DNA of 20,000 nucleotides from Atractiella rhizophila (Eukaryota): NCBI GenBank assembly GCA_021432655.1, contig MU271423.1, positions 47,332 to 67,331 of the forward strand, read 5' to 3'. Shown piece by piece: positions 10,139 to 20,000 of this stretch (position 1 is its first letter; each line of letters starts with the position of its first letter). The notes under the pieces were generated by a model. It saw only the letters and a program-made list of their open reading frames with translations, ran no database searches and was not told where the DNA came from. The position numbers and the translations under genes were made by a program.

Positions 10139-11575
10139 TCTACGCAGTTCCAGGTTATCGGCAAGATACTTCCTTGATCCACTTCTGCAACTGACTTTTC
10201 CATGATAGGATGCCTCCTAGAAAGACCCTCGCCAGATATATTGCCAAAGCCTATAATTTTTTCTGCAACACTTTTCCCGTTCTCCACACGGTCTCTACTC
10301 GAATATGGGAGTGCAATCCTCAACTTTCCTTTAGCCTTTGTGTCACCGGAGCGTACTATGAAGACACGGGTGACGAAACTGACTTTGTGCGCTTAACAAC
10401 CGATGCACGTGAATCATGCTTACTGGAGGTCAGGTGGACAAAATTACAGAGAAGCGACCATTTATCCTTCGCGACTTTGACAGTAATCAAACCACAGAGG
10501 AAGGTCGATTCGCTGATCTTCAGGCCTTCCTTGTCTATCACTTACTTAGCTTGGCTCTTCGACAAACCTCTGCTCAAGCCGCAGTTACACAGTCTTACCA
10601 TGGTATGTTCTATACCTCCCTTTATGCAGTCACCTGATGTAGATTGTGCAGGTTGTACCATTATGATGGCAAGATCTATGAAACTGGCAGAAACCGTGCG
10701 AAATCAGAAGCAGCAAGAACTCAACGAGGAGGAAGTGCCCTTTCTCAGAAACCTTCCGCCGGATGATAGTCAATTGGACGCGATGTGGCGTCGCTGGATC
10801 AAACGCGAGACCGTAAAACGGTTCGTCGATTCATTTCCCTATCTGAGCTCCCCTTATGAAGATTCCAGGGTGGCTTTTCTCGTTTGGCTCGTCGACCTTG
10901 AGTGCTCAGGACGCCTAAACTATACGTACCCGCTGATGAAGATTACGGAGATGGACGTGGACCTTCCTTTCCCCGATGCTCTTTGGACGGCACCCAATGC
11001 TCAAGCTTGGTATCCACAATACATCAGTTCTAAAAACAAAGCCGTTTCATTCCTCCTGGTTGTTCGTCTCCTCCTTAGTCAAAACACAACTGGTGACTTT
11101 GAACTGGGGAGCACGAGTCCGAAACTAAGTGAGCATGTTTCTCCGTATCATATTTGGCTGAATGGAATTGTAGCTGTCTGGGATCTCCCCGACATGTCTG
11201 GTTTCCCCGAAACCGTTCTGCTCAAGACGCTTCTCTTCATCAAAAAGCTCATAGCCAAGTGCAAGGCGCAGTCACATCCCATCCCCAAGAGCTTCATCTC
11301 TATCGGCTTGCAAGGGAATGATTTCGTTCTACTATTGGAGAAGGTCGAAAAGGCAATCTGGAGGCTCAGGAACTTGACTTCGGATCAGCGGCTCATGGAA
11401 GAGGATGAAGGAGAATGGATCAATAGAGCAAGACCAAGTTGGAAGAAGGGTAAGGTCCAAGCTCCTAACACACCAACTTCAGGGGAACCATTGTGAGTTT
11501 GCCTGAATCCCATACCAAAGCTGACAGCATGTCAGGCTTGAGTTCGCCGCAAGTTGTGGGCACTGTGATAACTAG
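10139..11575 (+). CDS. Fungal-specific transcription factor middle-homology-region (Fungal_trans-like) protein; 5' end unresolved
   Basis: Spliced: YAVPGYRMPPRKTLARYIAKAYNFFCNTFPVLHT..LSFSLCVTGA, EKRPFILRDF..LQAFLVYHL..QSYHG, CTIMMAR, WRRWIKRETVKR|VAFLVWLVD, EMDVDLPFPDALWTAPNAQAW. Introns at 10161-10208 (GC donor), 10387-10433, 10603-10651, ~10821-10868 and others. The 3' end is either 11496 or ~11575 after one more intron. Confidence 0.72.
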
Positions 11576-11831
11576 CCAACGATCTGTGTATTTGCTTTCA
11601 CTCTTAAAACAACCGTTCGTCCATTAGTATTCCCCGTTCATAACGTTAGCATGGCCTTGTTGTTATTCCAACATGATGTGTGATTTATAGAGTCGAGAGG
11701 TGAGCATGATGGTATGAAAAGGAGATTTTACTCATGAACAAGCTGACGGATTGTGGTTCGAGGATAAAACAATCGCATATTGCATACCATGGCGTAAAAC
11801 ATACGAACAGATAAAAGAGTTTTGAGGTATC

Positions 11832-12411
11832 TCATACCACGGTTCCAGCATTGGAAGCAATACGAGGCCAGAGATCGGCCTATAAAAGTCCTCGTCAGTT
11901 AAGCGTACAGGTGCAGCAAATGGTAAACGTACACATTCTTTAGCAACAGGTCCAGCAATAGCAGATCCCTTCATTTCACCTTTCGGGTTGACGATCACAC
12001 CAGCATTGTCCTCAAAGTAGAGGAAAACACCATCTCTCCGCCTCCAGGGTTTCCTCTGGCGGACAACGATGGCGGGGTGGACTGTTATTCGTGGATAAAC
12101 TTTCCCTGCCTTACATGTATGAGGAGACTACGCACCCTTCTTCCTCAGGTCAGGCTTTCCCTTCTTGACTGTAGCAAGGACCATGGCACCGGCAGAGGCA
12201 GCAGGAAGACGGTTCAGCCTTGCACCGAAACGAGTGACGGAGATGATCTTCAATCCCATTTAACTTACGCCAGAGCAGTATACTCGACAGAACTCACATA
12301 AAGGTTCTTCGCACCACTGTTATCTGCGCAATTCATGACCGCTCCAACGGGGAGAGCCAGGGTCATTCTGAATTTGGGCTGAGCGCCACCACCTCGGGAA
12401 GTTTTAGCCAT
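11832..12411 (-). CDS. RPL23: 60S ribosomal protein L23 (uL14); multi-exon, with a 5'UTR intron at 12488-12418
   Basis: [138 protein letters not shown]. Confidence 0.97.
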
Positions 12412-12538
12412 CCTTTCCTAACTCGAGTTAAGTCTATTCCCGCCATCCATCAGCTCCACTCCCTTTACACTCCTAGCATAAAGCTCACCGTTTGTCGTTT
12501 GAGGTCCCGTCGAGAAAAACAAGAAGCCTCCAACTTAG

Positions 12539-12547
12539 TTAGGGTTA
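12539..12547. promoter_or_regulatory. Telomere-repeat-like TTAGGGTTA element in the shared RPL23/NMO promoter
   Basis: TTAGTTAGGGTTAC about 50 nt upstream of the RPL23 5'UTR intron donor. TTAGGG-type sites (Tbf1/telo-box) are known in ribosomal protein promoters of several eukaryotes. Confidence 0.35.
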
Positions 12548-12704
12548 CAGTACGCACGTTTCTTCTTGTTCGTACAGGTGTTCGCTCGGCAGATGCGAGA
12601 CCGGGAATAACCGACCATTCCACGACAATCAACAGTCATAAGAACCTCACCTCCTCTTTCTCATTCATTTCTGTCCAGAATTTTCGCTCTCAAGCAAGTT
12701 CAAG

Positions 12705-14223
<1,519 letters not shown>

Positions 14224-15591
14224 TTTTGCAGTAGATCTATCGGTATTGTTATGTTCTGTCCATCACCTTCGAATCCTAAACGCTTCCGCGGTTACGCTGT
14301 AGCCTTTATCGCACAAATAACTGTTTTCTTCTGATTGAAACTGAAACATCAGCGCCGCGGATGTGATTGGAACGGACCCAGCGTGATACTCCTTTCTCAC
14401 GTTTACTGGGATCAAAAGCACTACCCGCTTATTCCGGAGCTGAGGAGTACCCTCTCGCCCCGGACCGCGCAAAGCATGCTGAGGTTTGCCAGAAGCATGC
14501 TCGCTTTCTGCAATGGCCTGCACGTTCTCAAAGCTTCGAGCTTCGAGTGCGCTTCTGTCCTCTTTCCCTTTTCCTTGGGATGGTCAAGGGCTGTAGTTGC
14601 AAGCCGGGGCCAGGACACGACTCTCGATGCATTTGCGACAGCAAACCGCCATAGAAGAGTGGATGAAAGAGAGTTCAGCAAGCAGTCAAAGGAACAACTC
14701 CGAACCACAAAGATTAAATCTCCACAGAATCTATCGCACTTATTGCTTTGTCGGAACTGGATAGGAAAGAACTGGGCTCCGCCATAACAGGCATTTACAC
14801 TTTTTTGACGCCAAAATTATTTGTGGCATGAAGATACCATTCTACAAACAAAGCAATTATCTTGTAACAGTGCTGTTCATTCCTCTGGACACAACAGCGC
14901 ACGCATACCTAGAGTAGAAATGAAGTGTGATTGACTAACTCTGCCGGAGGAAGTTCTTGCTAGGAGTGGAAAGCACCTGCACCTTCGTCCGACTAACTGT
15001 TGAACACGTCCACATTCACTGTGACAATGGAGAGAAGATGTACGACTTTGCAGACATCCACAACTCTACGATTATTCCTTGGATCAAAGATAAAGGGTAT
15101 GGCTGAGGAGCATCACGGATGCACCACAGGAGAGTGTTGGAATATATCAGATTAAGATATTAATATGATGACCACGGAGGAATGGAGAGAAAATGACATT
15201 TATCTCCCTGTCTATCAGGAGAATGGCGAAGCGGAGGAGCTGGAGCAGTGGATGAAAGATGACAAACCTCCGCTCAGGAAGGATATTCCAACCTTTTAAC
15301 AAGTAATTCAGAAGATCAAACAGTCAAATATGCTGGAAGTCGCAACTTTGAATGAAGATAATTTTAATGACTTAAATGTGCAGGAATTACTTTAAGACGA
15401 CGTGTATGAGCCTACCAATCTTGACCTTCGCAAATGCCAAGAAGAATCAAGATCTCAAATTGTAATGCTTGAAATTCTAGCTCTACAATCAACAATCAGC
15501 TTCCTAGGCGATAATCATCCAATCTGATCAGAAAATGCGCATCACGTGTAAAGTTGTTTATTTGGCGCTGCTTTGAGGTTGAACGAGAAGG

Positions 15592-15598
15592 TATAAAA
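15592..15598 (+). promoter_or_regulatory. TATA box (TATAAAA) upstream of the small basic protein gene
   Basis: gTATAAAAcg about 90 nt before ATG 15687, which sits in the good context AAAATG. Confidence 0.5.
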
Positions 15599-15686
15599 CG
15601 ACCATCCTCCAAGAACGAGCTTGCCCTCAGTACATTTCGGACCCCGGCACTCAAATCGCGTCCCTCCACGCTCAGAAACACGCAAA

Positions 15687-16097
15687 ATGCCTCCAAGATC
15701 CAAGACAGCCGAGAAAGCTGAAGGTGCGCATTTCCCTCTTTCCCGCCCGTCTCCACGGTCACTCACCATTTTTGCAATGGAAGGCGAAAAACCAAAGTCC
15801 AAATCAGCCCCCCCTCCCGCCGTGGACGCGCCGGACGCGACAGAGACTTCTCCTGCTGCTCCGGTCGAGGCTGAAACCGAAAAACCCGTCAGCACCAAAC
15901 GGAGCTCGGAGGCGCTCGAGGATGGCGAAGGCGATAAGCCACCCGCTAAGAAGAAGGGCAGAGTGGCCAAGAAGGTGAAGGAAGTGAAAGACAAGGTCGA
16001 GAAGGCAGTGAAGGAGAGAAAACCGAGACAGAAGAAGGAGAAGCCAGCGCCGAAAGAAGGAGTGAGGAAGAGCAGCAGGATCGCCAGCACGAAGTGA
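15687..16097 (+). CDS. Small (~116 aa) Lys/Glu/Pro/Ala-rich intrinsically disordered protein, probably nuclear/chromatin-binding
   Basis: ATG 15687; in-frame 60-nt intron 15724-15783 (GTGCGC...CTCAC...AAG); strong AAG/GAG codon bias; NLS-like KR..PPAKKKGR; C-terminal GVRKSSRIASTK*. Confidence 0.85.
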   Translation: MPPRSKTAEKAEGAHFPLSRPSPRSLTIFAMEGEKPKSKSAPPPAVDAPDATETSPAAPVEAETEKPVSTKRSSEALEDGEGDKPPAKKKGRVAKKVKEVKDKVEKAVKERKPRQKKEKPAPKEGVRKSSRIASTK

Positions 16098-16936
16098 ATA
16101 GTAGAATCGAGGGTGAAGGTATGAGATTTAGGAGTGATGGGTAACTGTAAGATTCATTTTTGAGTCTAGTTGGATTTGGCGTTTTGTGGATTTATTTCCT
16201 TTTTCGATTTTGATGGGAGCTACTTCCACTCCCTTCCTGCCCTTAAGTATCTTGTTCTTCTGTTTGTTGGGTGAATACCGTCTCCTATCCCATTTAACCC
16301 ATCCTACCATTTCAACAAGTTCTATGTTACCATGAGCCTGTCTAGCGAAGAGACAAATGTGTGGATATTGTTCGATATTCATTAGCTTCTTCACTATTGC
16401 TGCTGTCAGTCATCGTGATTCAAGTAGTGCGTTGTTGTCATCCTTCATGCTTTCAGTGCCCTCGTTACTCTCCTCGGCCTGATTACTTCTTCTTGCCCTT
16501 GTTTTGACCTCCCGTATTTCTATTCTACAAACGTAGGAGTTCGTTACATTTCCATTCCATGAACAATTGTTGTTGGCTACCTCCCGTCTGAATATGATAC
16601 AAAGAAACGATGCTCGTCCAATGGAATCAATCATGTCCTTACAATAACCCTTTCTGCTATCGTCTTCTCTAAAAAAAGACCTACTTTGCAACAAAGTAAG
16701 ATCCCAAGATGAATGAAGGGATATCCATGCTCAACCTATCAAAAAGAAAGAAAGTTTGCAGCGGAGTCCCAGGCGTGTGGCTCCCCAAAAATTTGTTGTT
16801 CGACTCTCGATCACTCGACCAGCGACACAACTGAGCTCGCTCGCCGGCCGCAGGAAGAGCATATAAGCAGAAGAAAAGGTGTTCCAGTCACTCGCTCCGA
16901 AATACCTCCTGACCTCCTGCCCTTTCCGGTGTTAAA

Positions 16937-19309
<2,373 letters not shown>

Positions 19310-20000
19310 TAATTCAATTTTTGCTTTCCCCCATTGAACCAAATTTAATTCGTAAGTCTTTAGTTCAGCTCATTCATTACCTTACTCACCACTCGAAGAC
19401 TTGGATCATGGCACAAATGTAATCTAGATGTAGCATCATCATATTCAGCATTTCGTTGGACCTATCATAGGGACAGGAGTCTAACAAGGGATTGTCAGTC
19501 AGAACTTGAATAAGCTTGAATATTCTGAAACCATTAAAATCAGATGCTTCCGTTACACCTTCCCATTTGTTCCGGACTGATACTATACAAATGTGAGTAA
19601 AATGAGAGTAAGAGAAATGAAACGAGATTTTAGACTTATTCAAGTTCGAAACCAATCGCAAAGTAATTCGTGCACAATAAAGAATCGTAAACGTCGTAGC
19701 ACCGATAAAAAATGAAATCATTCTATATATACCTTTGAGAAATTCATTTGGTAAAGCAACCGAGGCAAGGCAACAAGTATTAGTACAAAAGATGGTAAAA
19801 GGCTATTGATTTTTGAAAGTGATGTGAGGGAACTGGTTGCAGGTATCTTGTCGTTGATCCGTTTATTGACGAAATAGAGACTGAAGGTATCACTGATCCG
19901 AATTTCGAAGTCGATTTGGCACTGAGACGATTGTGTTTTGAAGCATTCAGGTTTCTGATTTTGTGAGAGAGCCGAAATTGCGCTGTGGATGTGAGAAACG

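Noticed and set aside
10210..11496. 428-aa ORF as an intronless gene
   Set aside because: It contains several clear introns, and the family-like sequence at 10434-10602 lies in another frame.
14580..14640. GGGCTGTAG start reminiscent of the fungal SRP RNA 5' end
   Set aside because: No helix-8 GNRA/AGCAG motif or Pol III terminator in the right arrangement.
15542..16090. 182-aa hydrophobic Phe/Leu-rich antisense ORF resembling a membrane protein
   Set aside because: Simply the reverse complement of AAG/GAG-rich codons in the Lys-rich gene.

Overview
Intron-rich fungal genomic DNA. Typical introns are about 45-65 nt GT/GC-AG with CTRAY-like branch sites, and the proteins look basidiomycete-like (lineage is inference). 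The ORF track is misleading because the genes are split into short exons, so I spliced them by hand. Left to right: (1) a secreted GH5 beta-glucanase running off the left edge, with an 8-Cys ~105-aa N-terminal domain fused in frame; (2) a co-oriented AA11-type LPMO; (3) a CSC1/OSCA/TMEM63 channel; (4) a fungal transcription-factor middle-homology protein with no visible DNA-binding domain; (5) RPL23 (uL14), head-to-head with (6) a nitronate monooxygenase-family flavoprotein; (7) a small Lys-rich disordered protein ending in an HMGN-like RKSSRIAS motif; (8) alanine aminotransferase. The best candidate for novelty is the Cys-rich-domain/GH5 fusion next to the AA11 LPMO, a possible glucan/chitin cell-wall-attack module. 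Next are the HMGN-like protein and two roughly 10x-oversized introns containing cryptic cassette exons.
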